Source: a virus
Direction: 5' to 3' (one strand)
DNA: 64,000 nt
Virus record (IMG/VR): IMGVR_UViG_3300047564_002353
Location: 1-64,000 of that record
Position numbers and translations under genes: made by a program. The notes under the pieces were generated by a model. The model was not told the DNA's origin, ran no database searches, and saw only the letters and a program-made list of their open reading frames with translations. This document shows positions 8,987 to 18,369 of this stretch, piece after piece. Each line of letters begins with the position of its first letter. Position 1 is the stretch's first letter.

Positions 8987-9518
8987 TTATATGATCCCAA
9001 TTAATAATTTTCCATTGATTATCTAAATATTTTTTCTTATCGTGTTGATAGTCCAATGCCCACGCATGTTCCCACCAATCGATCAATAGAACTATATCTT
9101 TTTTAACTTCGTGATTCTTAATAGTTTTAATTTTTCCATCTTTAGCCAAGTATACCCAACCGCTTCCTTGAATACTCATAGCTTCTTTGGAAAATTCTTC
9201 TTTGAATTTTTCAAAACTTTTATAATGTTTTTCAATAAAAGTTAAAATTTCACCTGTAGGTTTGTTTGATCCACTTGGTCCTTGATATTGTTGAAACAAA
9301 ATGTTGTGTAGAAAAACTCCTGCTTCGTTAAACACTGGATCGCCTTCATTATTGTTGTAGCGTTCAGCATATGTCTTAGCCAATTTGCCATAATGATATT
9401 TTATTGTCTCTTCAGAAATAGCTGGATCAAGTTCGTCATAGTCGTAGGGCAGTTTTTTAATTTCTAATTTATTTGGTTTGCCTTCTAATAGAACATTTCT
9501 AATAAAACTATAGGTCAT
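8967..9518 (-). CDS. sod: Fe/Mn superoxide dismutase
   Basis: LPY....L.P.IS.ET..YH, LHN, GSGW.YL, DWWEHAW..DY; start set at MTYSF (ATGA overlap with the nrdA stop). Confidence 0.92.
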   Translation of the reverse strand: MTYSFIRNVLLEGKPNKLEIKKLPYDYDELDPAISEETIKYHYGKLAKTYAERYNNNEGDPVFNEAGVFLHNILFQQYQGPSGSNKPTGEILTFIEKHYKSFEKFKEEFSKEAMSIQGSGWVYLAKDGKIKTIKNHEVKKDIVLLIDWWEHAWALDYQHDKKKYLDNQWKIINWDHINEQSTI

Positions 9519-11851
9519 AGCTTGCAGGCCTCGCAATCTGCTTCATCTAACAAATCCATATTAAGTTCGTGATATCCGTTCATCTTAGGTTCACCAAGAT
9601 CTTCTTGTAATTTAGATCCTGATTTATTAATTAAGCTATAATAGAAAGTTTTAATACCCCACTTATGAGCTTGCATTAAGTTTTTGGCAATAAGTGTAGT
9701 AGGAACTTTTCTATCTGAAAAGTGTGCTGGATTATAAAATGTATTCGTCGAAATACTTTGATCTACATATGCAGCTAATACTGCTGCTGTCTTGATATAA
9801 CCGGAACAATCACGCTGATCCCACATTAATTGATATTTGTTTTTTAATTTGTGATACTCGGGAACTACTTGTGTAAATGATCCTGCTTTACTTTCCTTAA
9901 CACTGATTAAGCTCATGGGCATCTCAATACCGTTCGTGCTGTTTATAACAACACTGCTACTTTCAACCGGAGCAATGGCCATTAGTGTAGCGTTTCGAAC
10001 ACCGTGTTGTTTCATTTCTTCACGTAGAGGTTCCCAATCAAGTTCAGGCGAGAAATCAGTTAATTCATTGACACCTTCTGAACGTAGTTCCCAAGGAAAA
10101 ATACCTTGTCCATATCTTGTTCTGTCGCTGTCTTTGCATTTACCTCTTTCTTTAGCTAGTTCAACTGTGGCTTCTGTTAAGTAGTAAGCTTGATGCTCGA
10201 TCCAGGTCTTAACCTCTCCCAGCGCATCGGTTTCTCCATATTTAAGACCACGTTTAGCATGCCAATAAGCAAGATTAGTAACACCAATACCCAAAGGTTG
10301 AATTTCGTCATTGCTTAATTTACTTTGAATTGATAAGAAATCTTGATAGTCCAAGATATTACATAGACTGCGTTGTAAAATGCGACAAGCACGTCGCATA
10401 TCTTCTGGGTTACGAAAGGCGCCCCAGTTGATACTTCCCAAGGTACATAATGCAATTCTTCCTTCTTCATCATCTAGTCTCTTGAATGCCTTAGTAGGCA
10501 ATAATATTTCACAGCATAAATTACTTTGATAGATAGTGTGCCATTCAGGATCAAATGGTCCTTGATTCATTACATTGTCAATGAACACAAGATAGATGCG
10601 TCCTGTGTCTGTGCGTTCTTTTAAAATTCCAGATTTAAAAACTTCTTCTGCTGATATAACTTTCTTGCGCAGGTGAGATACTTTCTCGTACTTGGTGTAT
10701 AAATCTTCAAACCGTTTCGTGTCTCTATAGAAAGCTTCATAAAGGTCTGGTACTTCGTTGGGATCAAAGAAAGTAATGGATCCTTTATCTTTAAATCTGC
10801 GCCAGAAGAAAGCAGACAGTACCACTCCATAGTCCATGTGTCTGACTCTAGTTTCTTCTGTGCCTTGATTATTTTTAAGCACAATAAGATCATCAAACTG
10901 ATGATGCCAAATTGGATAAAAAACAGTAGCACTAGCATTACGTATACCACCTTGACTACAACTCCTTAAATCTGCAAACCATTTCTTTAAAAAAGGCAGC
11001 ATACCAGTATGCATGATTTCGCCGCCGCGTATAGGACTGCCTAACGGGCGTAGTCGTCCGATTTCTAAACCAATTCCAGCACGTTTACTAGCATATTTTG
11101 CCATCATTTCACCACTGGCAAATATACTATCAAGATCATCGTCACTCCTAATAAGAACACAACTACTAAACTGTTTAGTTGGAGTTCCTAAGCCGGCGAG
11201 AACAGGAGTAGCAAGAGTAAACAACCCGTCGCTGGCAGCAGTATAATATTCTTTAATATATCGCATACGTGCTGTGTTTGGTTCTTCTTTATGAAACACT
11301 GTGGCTGCTGCCACCATGTATCTAACCTGAGGAGTTTCATATATTTCTTTTGTGCTACGATTCTTAACTAGATATTTTTCGATTAATTGTTCAATCGCAG
11401 CATAACTATATTGCTCATCTTTTGAATGATCTATCATATCATTCATTTTATTCCAATCTTCTTCAGTATACCAAGATAATAAATCTTGTGTATAAAGTCC
11501 GGTAGCCACATTCTTTTTTACAATTTCATATAAGTGAGGCGGCTCATATCCTCCATATACGTCCTTACGTAACATGCTTAATCGTTGTTTACCAGCAACA
11601 TATTGATAATTAGTGTGACCTAAATCTGGATTACTTTCAATATCAATCAAATCAACGATAGCTCTTAATGTAATTTCGTCAATTTCTTTTGTAGTGATTC
11701 CGTCGTAAAAATGAGGTTGGCTTTTAATTTCTATCATTGATTGGCTGACATCTGCTATTCCGCTGCATACTTTAGCAATTTGTGTCTGCCATTTTTCAAT
11801 TGTTAAAGGTTCTTTTTTTCCGTTTCTTTTAATAACAGTGATATTCGACAT
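9515..11851 (-). CDS. nrdA: ribonucleotide reductase class Ia alpha subunit with ATP cone
   Basis: VIKRNG ATP cone, QFSSCVL, SNLCCEI, APVESSS, KTFYY, C-terminal CEAC; likely start MSNITV (11851). Confidence 0.97.
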   Translation of the reverse strand: MSNITVIKRNGKKEPLTIEKWQTQIAKVCSGIADVSQSMIEIKSQPHFYDGITTKEIDEITLRAIVDLIDIESNPDLGHTNYQYVAGKQRLSMLRKDVYGGYEPPHLYEIVKKNVATGLYTQDLLSWYTEEDWNKMNDMIDHSKDEQYSYAAIEQLIEKYLVKNRSTKEIYETPQVRYMVAAATVFHKEEPNTARMRYIKEYYTAASDGLFTLATPVLAGLGTPTKQFSSCVLIRSDDDLDSIFASGEMMAKYASKRAGIGLEIGRLRPLGSPIRGGEIMHTGMLPFLKKWFADLRSCSQGGIRNASATVFYPIWHHQFDDLIVLKNNQGTEETRVRHMDYGVVLSAFFWRRFKDKGSITFFDPNEVPDLYEAFYRDTKRFEDLYTKYEKVSHLRKKVISAEEVFKSGILKERTDTGRIYLVFIDNVMNQGPFDPEWHTIYQSNLCCEILLPTKAFKRLDDEEGRIALCTLGSINWGAFRNPEDMRRACRILQRSLCNILDYQDFLSIQSKLSNDEIQPLGIGVTNLAYWHAKRGLKYGETDALGEVKTWIEHQAYYLTEATVELAKERGKCKDSDRTRYGQGIFPWELRSEGVNELTDFSPELDWEPLREEMKQHGVRNATLMAIAPVESSSVVINSTNGIEMPMSLISVKESKAGSFTQVVPEYHKLKNKYQLMWDQRDCSGYIKTAAVLAAYVDQSISTNTFYNPAHFSDRKVPTTLIAKNLMQAHKWGIKTFYYSLINKSGSKLQEDLGEPKMNGYHELNMDLLDEADCEACKL

Positions 11852-11882
11852 TGATTTATTCTTTTTAGTAATTGTGAATCTA

Positions 11883-11942
11883 TTTAGTAGATAGTGTTCT
11901 ACTAAAATAACAGTTTGAAATGAGTAGCCTAAGCTACTCATT
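11883..11942 (-). promoter_or_regulatory. two perfect hairpins in the nrdA leader
   Basis: AATGAGTAGC-N4-GCTACTCATT (11919-11942) and TTTAGTAGA-N6-TCTACTAAA (11883-11906). Confidence 0.6.
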
Positions 11943-11964
11943 GTTTATCTGATATTGAAAGTTA

Positions 11965-11993
11965 ATAATATACTACTTTTTATTTGTTGTCAA
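11965..11993 (-). promoter_or_regulatory. sigma70 promoter TTGACA-N17-TATTAT for the nrdA operon
   Basis: near-consensus, 17-nt spacer. Confidence 0.8.
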
Positions 11994-12004
11994 ATACTTT
12001 GAGA

Positions 12005-13621
12005 TTAGCTAAGTGCTTGATATGTATAAGTGAATGTAGTTGTATTACTTACATTAACATTTACATATTTTACAATTATATCATTTCCGGATTTGGTGGC
12101 ACTAAAACTTATGTTATAAAAATCTCCAGATCCAGTATAATCAAAATCATCTGATAATTGAACACTACCAGTTACATAATTAACTGCTATTGTAATTTTA
12201 CCTGTTCTGGTTTCAGCTGGACTGGTACATTCAGTTTTATAATTGATTTCATATCCCATTGTTTGAGATATTGGTAATCTAAATGCAAATGCCTCAGTAA
12301 AATTTGTTGTTAAAGTAATGCTTCTTGGTTGAGTGTTTTGGTATAATGAAGTTCCTGAAACTTCAGGTAGATAAATGTTGTCTTGATTACCAGATAACTC
12401 ACGTTGCCTATCAAAATTTTCTTGTAAAGTAGAGTTGCCCGAAGTATTAAAAAATATATTACTAGTTTGGTTATTAGTGTTGCCGCCTCTATCATTTCCA
12501 ACATTTACAAATGTATTTCCTCTTGATCTGTTGCCATAGCCTGTTTCTATATAAATTCCGTATTCGTCTATTTCTTCAAACTTAGTATTTAAAATATGAT
12601 TAAATCTCGGACCGTACTGTTCTCCGACCGCAGAGTTACCAGTAGTGTTATCACCAAAACTAAATCCAACTCCGCATTCGGCGACATTGAAACTATTAAA
12701 AATATTAGTTTGAATATCAGTTTTACTAAAAACTGCTGTCTTAAATCCTTCAATGTTTATTCTATTAAATTCATTTCTCTGACAAGTAACCACTGAACTT
12801 AAAGCATATAATCCAATTGCAATACTGTTATTTGTTCCTGATAAAGTACTGTCATCGAATGTTCCTTTAATTTCTAAATCTTCAAACAAACTATCTCTTA
12901 CTGCATTAAGTTCTAAAGCTTGATTTGTGTTGTCACCTACATCTAATGTAAAATCTTTAAGTAAAATAAACTTTGGTTGATCATTATATTCAGGTGTACC
13001 AGGAGTAAGGCCCACAGGATAAGTTACAGTTCTACGAACAGTTGTAGTAGATTGATCTTCTATAAAACGAAAAACTGTTTTACTTGTCGAAGTAAATTGA
13101 AAAATTGTTTTCTTTATACCTGCACCTACCAGTCTGACATGGCTAGGCAAGTAAATTGTATCACTAATAAAATACGTTCCAGCAGCGAATTCAAGAGTCA
13201 CTCTACTTTCAGCATTGAACATTGTAGATTTATTAAGATATAAATTATCTATAGCACGTTGAATCGCTTCTGTTTGATCTTCTAATCCTGGAAGGATACC
13301 GTAAGCTGCGGCACTAACAGAATCATCAAGTCTTTGTTGTAAAGTTCTTGTAACAGGATAATTGACATCATCTGAAGTTAATATATTCGGATCGTCAATT
13401 TTATATGTGTAGTTACTAGCTATGTCTAGAAGGTTGTCTGCACTAGTAATAATTCTTGTATTACCAACTGCTGGTGCTCCTTCACTGACTGCACCGTTGC
13501 CAATGTATAATTTTTGTGTATCTATGGCCCATGCCATTTCCCCACTAGCTAACTGTGGAATCCCGTCTTGAGTTTCCTTTCCTCTTCGGACTTGTATGCG
13601 ACTAATCTGTACTACAGCCAT
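12005..13621 (-). CDS. virion fibre/spike protein: Mtd-N-like start plus pectate-lyase-like beta-helix
   Basis: QISRIQVRRG...LASGEMAWAIDTQKLYIGNG; DQTEAIQRAID...LEFAAGTY. Confidence 0.75.
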   Translation of the reverse strand: MAVVQISRIQVRRGKETQDGIPQLASGEMAWAIDTQKLYIGNGAVSEGAPAVGNTRIITSADNLLDIASNYTYKIDDPNILTSDDVNYPVTRTLQQRLDDSVSAAAYGILPGLEDQTEAIQRAIDNLYLNKSTMFNAESRVTLEFAAGTYFISDTIYLPSHVRLVGAGIKKTIFQFTSTSKTVFRFIEDQSTTTVRRTVTYPVGLTPGTPEYNDQPKFILLKDFTLDVGDNTNQALELNAVRDSLFEDLEIKGTFDDSTLSGTNNSIAIGLYALSSVVTCQRNEFNRINIEGFKTAVFSKTDIQTNIFNSFNVAECGVGFSFGDNTTGNSAVGEQYGPRFNHILNTKFEEIDEYGIYIETGYGNRSRGNTFVNVGNDRGGNTNNQTSNIFFNTSGNSTLQENFDRQRELSGNQDNIYLPEVSGTSLYQNTQPRSITLTTNFTEAFAFRLPISQTMGYEINYKTECTSPAETRTGKITIAVNYVTGSVQLSDDFDYTGSGDFYNISFSATKSGNDIIVKYVNVNVSNTTTFTYTYQALS

Positions 13622-13639
13622 AATAGTTCCTTATTTTTA

Positions 13640-14323
13640 TTATTTATCGTACCAAACACGCTTTCCATTTTCGACGGTCCAGCTACGACCTCTACACCCG
13701 TTAGAGACAATTATTTTTCCTCGATTATTTTCATAAGGACTTAATTCAGGCATATCGCTTCTCCTAATTCTCCAACCTTTAGTTTGTTTTTGAAATAAAT
13801 GAGAGTCAGGATTATTAAGTGCCGATGGCATACTTTTGTCCACGCCGTTTTCTTCGCACCATTTTGATATATTTTGTACGTAAGTTTCTTCTGGATTTTC
13901 AACTCGACTGACGTACCAACCTTTTGTTCTTTTTTCTGCTTGCTTTTTAAACCAGGATTTTTTCTCAGAATCAGATAGATTGTTGAACCATATTCGGGCA
14001 CCTTCCATCTTATGACGACTATAGTCTATATTATCGTAAGGAATAAACTTACTCAAATTGCCACCAATGCCTCCGTTAGCTAAATTATAACTCATAGGAT
14101 CAGTAGTAGCATTAGTTTTGTTGATCCACTCTTGTTCTCGTAAATTAAGTTCTGTTTCACAAGAACAGGACTCGAGAATTTCTTTAACAAAATTCTCTTG
14201 GCCATATTTTTTATATGCTTGTTTAAGAAGCTTCCCTGATCCCATGTAATTAGAGTCAGTGCCGTTATGTTTTCCTATATACCAACGCCCATTGATTGTG
14301 TTTGTTATTTTATAAATGTACAT
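13640..14323 (-). CDS. free-standing GIY-YIG (Seg-like) homing endonuclease
   Basis: YIYKITNTINGRWYIGKH, YMGSG, KKYG..NF.KEIL, LN.RE..WI, YNL..GG. Confidence 0.9.
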   Translation of the reverse strand: MYIYKITNTINGRWYIGKHNGTDSNYMGSGKLLKQAYKKYGQENFVKEILESCSCETELNLREQEWINKTNATTDPMSYNLANGGIGGNLSKFIPYDNIDYSRHKMEGARIWFNNLSDSEKKSWFKKQAEKRTKGWYVSRVENPEETYVQNISKWCEENGVDKSMPSALNNPDSHLFQKQTKGWRIRRSDMPELSPYENNRGKIIVSNGCRGRSWTVENGKRVWYDK

Positions 14324-14358
14324 ACATCTATTTATCTAGATATCTGTACAACTGTCAT

Positions 14359-15078
14359 TTATCCGGCTAGTTTATAGTATTCACTTACTCTGTCGCACCA
14401 TCGATTAGTCCAGTAATCAAAATCTGAAGGTTCTAGTATAAACTCTTGATATTGCGGTTCTCCCCACTTTCCAGGTTCAATTTCTGGAGGCCTAACACAC
14501 ATCATAATAACACCTTTTCGGATATTAGTACCGTGTACTTCGTTATGTGCTAGAGCATAGGCCGTAAGCTGTAAAAAGTAATCGTCGATCCATTCTAATT
14601 TTTTAGGCTTATTGGTCTGTTTAAAGTCTAGGATTGCTTCTTGTCCTTGATGAATTCCGCAACAATCTGTTGTACCAGCATACAATTCTGGGAAGTACAA
14701 AGGAACTTCGCTGCCCCATACTTCAGATATTAATGGAAATCCGTCTGCGATGACTTTACGTGCCATTATAAGACTTTGTTGGGCATAAGGATTAGTTAAA
14801 CTTTCTTTTAAAGTTTCTCCTTTGATATAATCTTCGAGAAACTTGTGCATACGGGTTCCACGGCCGGCTGCTTCTGTTGTGATTTCCTGTGCTTTCTTTT
14901 CGCCAACAGCCTTTTTCCAATTAGCTAATGCTTCACGTGCTTCTAAAGGTTTGGTTTTATCTAGTATAGTAGTTACACTGGGAACTTTGGAACCATCAGG
15001 GCAAGAATATAATCTCTTGCCCATTGATTCATCTCTGTATAATTTGGAATATTTGTATTTAGGGTTTAATAAATTCAT
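14359..15078 (-). CDS. PD-(D/E)XK exonuclease (RecB/Cas4/MGME1-like)
   Basis: PSVTTIL, RGTRMH, YAGTTD, ILDFKQT, QLTAYALAH. Confidence 0.9.
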   Translation of the reverse strand: MNLLNPKYKYSKLYRDESMGKRLYSCPDGSKVPSVTTILDKTKPLEAREALANWKKAVGEKKAQEITTEAAGRGTRMHKFLEDYIKGETLKESLTNPYAQQSLIMARKVIADGFPLISEVWGSEVPLYFPELYAGTTDCCGIHQGQEAILDFKQTNKPKKLEWIDDYFLQLTAYALAHNEVHGTNIRKGVIMMCVRPPEIEPGKWGEPQYQEFILEPSDFDYWTNRWCDRVSEYYKLAG

Positions 15079-15084
15079 AGTAAC

Positions 15085-15113
15085 ATTATATAGTTACTAA
15101 AAAAAAATGTCAA
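15085..15113 (-). promoter_or_regulatory. consensus sigma70 promoter, leaderless, with dyad TAGTAAC-N8-GTTACTA
   Basis: TTGACA-N17-TATAAT-GTTACT-ATG. Confidence 0.88.
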
Positions 15114-15430
15114 CCTGGTTGTTGGAGGACGTTATTAGCAGCTCTAACTGCGTCAGAATTATTATCCTTAGCAGGTTCTCCTACTGTAGGTAGTTCCTTT
15201 TCTTTAGTTTTAATAGTAACACCGTAACTACTAAAATTTTGAACTAAGTTTTTTATATTAGGATCTTTATCAAAATTCATTTTAAATGAGTCATAGTCTA
15301 ATTCTTGACCTGTGACATTTTGATAAATTTTGCTGATAGCAGGCCAACTAAATTTTGATGGAGTATTTTTAGAGTTGGCCCGATGTTGTAAACTAGAAAG
15401 AACGCGAACCAGGTCCGCGCTCTCTGTTAC
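15110..15430 (-). CDS. 106-codon -1-frame extension of the 301-aa protein (VTESADLVRVLSSLQHRANSK...VLQQPG)
   Basis: stop-free for 106 codons, no ATG/GTG/TTG in its first half, begins exactly at the slippery site. Confidence 0.75.
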   Translation of the reverse strand, partial: VTESADLVRVLSSLQHRANSKNTPSKFSWPAISKIYQNVTGQELDYDSFKMNFDKDPNIKNLVQNFSSYGVTIKTKEKELPTVGEPAKDNNSDAVRAANNVLQQPG

Positions 15431-15439
15431 TTTTTTTTT
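15397..15439 (-). promoter_or_regulatory. putative programmed -1 frameshift signal: A_AAA_AAG plus 13-bp hairpin
   Basis: TCA AAA AAA AAG TAA C-AGAGAGCGCGGAC-CTG-GTTCGCGTTCTTT. Confidence 0.75.
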
Positions 15440-16332
15440 GAATTTAAGATTTGGCCTAGTTTTCTACTATAGTCTACACTTTCTCTACGTGCTCGGCCTG
15501 CTGCTTCTTCGCCACCTGCTGCTGGAGCCGAAGTAGCGAATTCGTCACCAGCTGCTGCCACTTCGCCTTCTAGGCCGGCTTCGGCACCTGGTTCCATCAT
15601 TTCAGGACTTCCCATGCCTGGTGCTTCTTCGCCTGTTATAACTGCTACAGCTTGTGCTAGAGCAGTTCTGTTTGTTTCTAAATTAGTATATAAATCGTCT
15701 AATGCTGGTTTAACTTTTTGTTCAAATTGATTACTAATATCTGATCCAAGTTCATCTCTTATAGAGTCCACTAATTCTAACAACGCCTCTGATTTCAAGC
15801 TGGCAGTAGCTTCGATCCATCCAGTGATTTTATCTACCATATCGCGAGCTTTCATAATTAACGCTGCTTTTTCTTCTTCGCCTTCTGTAATTACTTGCTC
15901 ACTTAGTGCTTGCCTTAAAACTTCCATTGCTTCGCCTACACTTTCTTTTTTAGCCATCTTAGTAGCCGTAGCATACATTACTTCGTCGCCTTTTTTACCA
16001 TAACGTTTTGAAAAATCGCCTTTGACTTTCTTCATACCCTTCACATATTTTTCACGCTTTGATTCTTCATCTGGACTTAAAGAACGTTCCGATAATGCTT
16101 GAACAATAACATCTAAAAATGCACGGTCTTTACGATATTCTGTATTTTCATAGACTGCATCATAATTCTGGCTAGATTCGAAATTAGCGATTTTGTCCAC
16201 TAATTTATCTCTAATAACCGCCAGTTGCTCATAGGTAAAACCTTCTAAATTAAGCTTATAGCCGAACTGTCTAGCCACGCTTTCGTTCAATGTTTTACTT
16301 GTTTTTGGATGTGAAAGGTCTTTTACTTGCAT
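15427..16332 (-). CDS. putative head-internal/scaffold-like structural protein
   Basis: helical, acidic, E/A/G/P-rich tail; several (L/I)xE sites; TAAATA at 16360-16365 and SD upstream. Confidence 0.65.
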   Translation of the reverse strand: MQVKDLSHPKTSKTLNESVARQFGYKLNLEGFTYEQLAVIRDKLVDKIANFESSQNYDAVYENTEYRKDRAFLDVIVQALSERSLSPDEESKREKYVKGMKKVKGDFSKRYGKKGDEVMYATATKMAKKESVGEAMEVLRQALSEQVITEGEEEKAALIMKARDMVDKITGWIEATASLKSEALLELVDSIRDELGSDISNQFEQKVKPALDDLYTNLETNRTALAQAVAVITGEEAPGMGSPEMMEPGAEAGLEGEVAAAGDEFATSAPAAGGEEAAGRARRESVDYSRKLGQILNSKKK

Positions 16333-16362
16333 TGCTGTTTCCTATAAGGTTGTTAAAATTAT

Positions 16363-16797
16363 TTATCCGAAATTATAATTAAAGAGCTTTGATATTTGAG
16401 TCTTATAATGCTCTGTTCTAGTTTTTGTAATATCCCACCTAGAAATATATATATCTTTCTTTATAGTGTCCTTAGATTTATTGTATCTTTCCCTAAAAAC
16501 TATAGAATCTGTTGCGTTAGTCCAATATTTTGTATCAAGATCTTTTACTTCTTTAAAATTATGTATCTGATTCCTATCATAAAATTTTGCAGCTAATGCA
16601 GCATTAACTTTTAATTTAAAAGTTTCTATAATTTGATCACTTGAATTTAACAGATCCCAATTTTCTAACTTGTTTTTCTTGATCTTAAAGTTTTTATATA
16701 ACAAACAATTTTTATTTACAACTAAAAGAGGAACTTTTTTATTAAATTCCTCTTCCATCAATTTCTCTAATTTTTCTGCATGTTTTTTAAAATTCAT
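16363..16797 (-). CDS. hypothetical protein
   Basis: ORF overlapping the upstream gene end. Confidence 0.7.
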   Translation of the reverse strand: MNFKKHAEKLEKLMEEEFNKKVPLLVVNKNCLLYKNFKIKKNKLENWDLLNSSDQIIETFKLKVNAALAAKFYDRNQIHNFKEVKDLDTKYWTNATDSIVFRERYNKSKDTIKKDIYISRWDITKTRTEHYKTQISKLFNYNFG

Positions 16798-16987
16798 TTG
16801 CGATGACTTTCGGATCTTTATCTCCTATTTTAATTACCAAACTTTTTCGAATCATACCCTCGATTGTGAATTGATCTCGTTCACTAAAACTACTTAACTT
16901 TTGAGGATAATTAAGACGCTCTAGCATCGCTTTCTCCTCATTCGAAGTATAAATTTCAAAAGTTTTTAATATTTCGTTTAATTTCAT
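16787..16987 (-). CDS. small protein with CTS-like N-terminus (MKLNEIL)
   Basis: ATGA coupling; N-terminal motif. Confidence 0.7.
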   Translation of the reverse strand: MKLNEILKTFEIYTSNEEKAMLERLNYPQKLSSFSERDQFTIEGMIRKSLVIKIGDKDPKVIANEF

Positions 16988-18360
16988 TTTAATCCAGATA
17001 ACTGTCTTAACCTTGCTAATTCTGCAGATTCTTGCTGAGGCTGTGCTGCTGTTTTTTTACCGAATAATTTATCAAAAAATCCAGGTGCATTAGGATCTGT
17101 TTTTGTTCTTCCAGTTTTTGGATCCCACTTCCCTGGTCCTGGGTACCCGTTTGGATTAAATCTATTCTGCGGATTGGCATTTGCCCAAGCAATTTCATCT
17201 TCGGAACGACTTGTCACTGCTTTGCCGTCACTAGTAGTTAATGTACCACCTGTGCCAGTTTTAACTGGGGGTGCTACTGTGCTTGCACCTGTATCCGGAT
17301 TAACCTCCGGCGATGTTCGTTGTCCTAGTGCAGCAGCTGGTACTGTAGATGCATCACGAGGTTGCGCTGCTTGATTCTCTGGAGGTACCGGTTTGTCTGC
17401 TTGTGGTGCCGGCTGCAATGCGTTTGCAACATTAGCTGTTTGAGCTACACCTAATGCATTAGTGTTAGGTGCCGGAGTTGTTGTTGGTTGTGCAGCCTGT
17501 GCCATAGCTTGGTCTTGTTGACTGGCCTGTTGATTTAATGTGTTCTGTCCAATAGCTAATTGTTTTAATCTATCTAAGTCAGGATTTTGTGCAGGAGCCG
17601 GTTGAGCTAATGCAGCATTACCTGCTGCTAAACTTGGATCTTTATTTGGATCATATGGATCTATACTTGGATCAGTTGCTGTTACACCGGCAACATTTGG
17701 ATCAGTTGCTCTGTCTGATATAGTAGGAGCATAAGCACTTGAAGCGTTATTAACTGGTTGTTCTGCCTTAGGTGTTCCATCTGGATTATGTGTCGCTCCA
17801 TATTTCTTTAACCATGCTTGACCTTTAGGACCAGTACTTGGCTTACCGTTTAATGTTGGCTGGGGAGGAACTTTGCCGCCAGCAGGTGCTGGTTTAGCTG
17901 CGGGTTTAGCTGCGGGTTTAGCTGCGGGTTTCGCTGCTGGTTTAGCTGCTGGTTTAGCTGCTGGGTCAGCCGCTGGTTTCGCTGCTTGATTTGCTGGCTG
18001 GGCGTCGGCTTGATTCATTATGGCAGCAGCGAAACCAGCATCACCGGACATTGCTCCTGTCATAGAATCAGAGTAAAATTGTTGACGCTGTTGTGGTGTC
18101 ATTGCTGCTACTTGATTAGCTGCTACATTGCTAAGAGTAGCTCCTCCGGCCGCTACCGCAGCAGGAACAAGAGCAGCTCCAGCCGCTGGTCTAAGAGCCT
18201 TTGTGGCCTTTTGAACTTTGTCTGGTACTTCTCTAAATTTCTGATCTATAACATTTGGATTATTAACTAATGTTGATGGAGCTCTATTTGGAACAGCCGG
18301 TAGGTTGGGCTGATACGGTACGATATTTGCTTCTCTAATAACAACGTCTTTAATTTTCAT
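16984..18360 (-). CDS. low-complexity A/P/Q-rich putative internal head protein
   Basis: MKIKDVVIRE start, AAKP repeats, C-terminal ELARLRQLSGLK. Confidence 0.7.
   Translation of the reverse strand: MKIKDVVIREANIVPYQPNLPAVPNRAPSTLVNNPNVIDQKFREVPDKVQKATKALRPAAGAALVPAAVAAGGATLSNVAANQVAAMTPQQRQQFYSDSMTGAMSGDAGFAAAIMNQADAQPANQAAKPAADPAAKPAAKPAAKPAAKPAAKPAAKPAPAGGKVPPQPTLNGKPSTGPKGQAWLKKYGATHNPDGTPKAEQPVNNASSAYAPTISDRATDPNVAGVTATDPSIDPYDPNKDPSLAAGNAALAQPAPAQNPDLDRLKQLAIGQNTLNQQASQQDQAMAQAAQPTTTPAPNTNALGVAQTANVANALQPAPQADKPVPPENQAAQPRDASTVPAAALGQRTSPEVNPDTGASTVAPPVKTGTGGTLTTSDGKAVTSRSEDEIAWANANPQNRFNPNGYPGPGKWDPKTGRTKTDPNAPGFFDKLFGKKTAAQPQQESAELARLRQLSGLK
17888..17987. repeat. 12-bp tandem repeat (about 8 copies) encoding AAKP
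   Basis: gctgc(g/t)ggttt(a/c) units. Confidence 0.9.
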
Positions 18361-18369
18361 AATTTTTCC

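Noticed and set aside
7886-11851. Intron or intein in nrdA/nrdB
   Set aside because: Both are uninterrupted and of normal length (778 and 366 aa)
11882-11898. NrdR box upstream of nrdA (ACACTATCTACT...)
   Set aside because: Only the left half resembles the consensus, there is no tandem copy, and the hairpin explains the sequence
15330-15536. Plus-strand 68-aa ORF over the frameshift region
   Set aside because: Antisense to the operon with no SD; the minus-strand -1 frame explains the gap better
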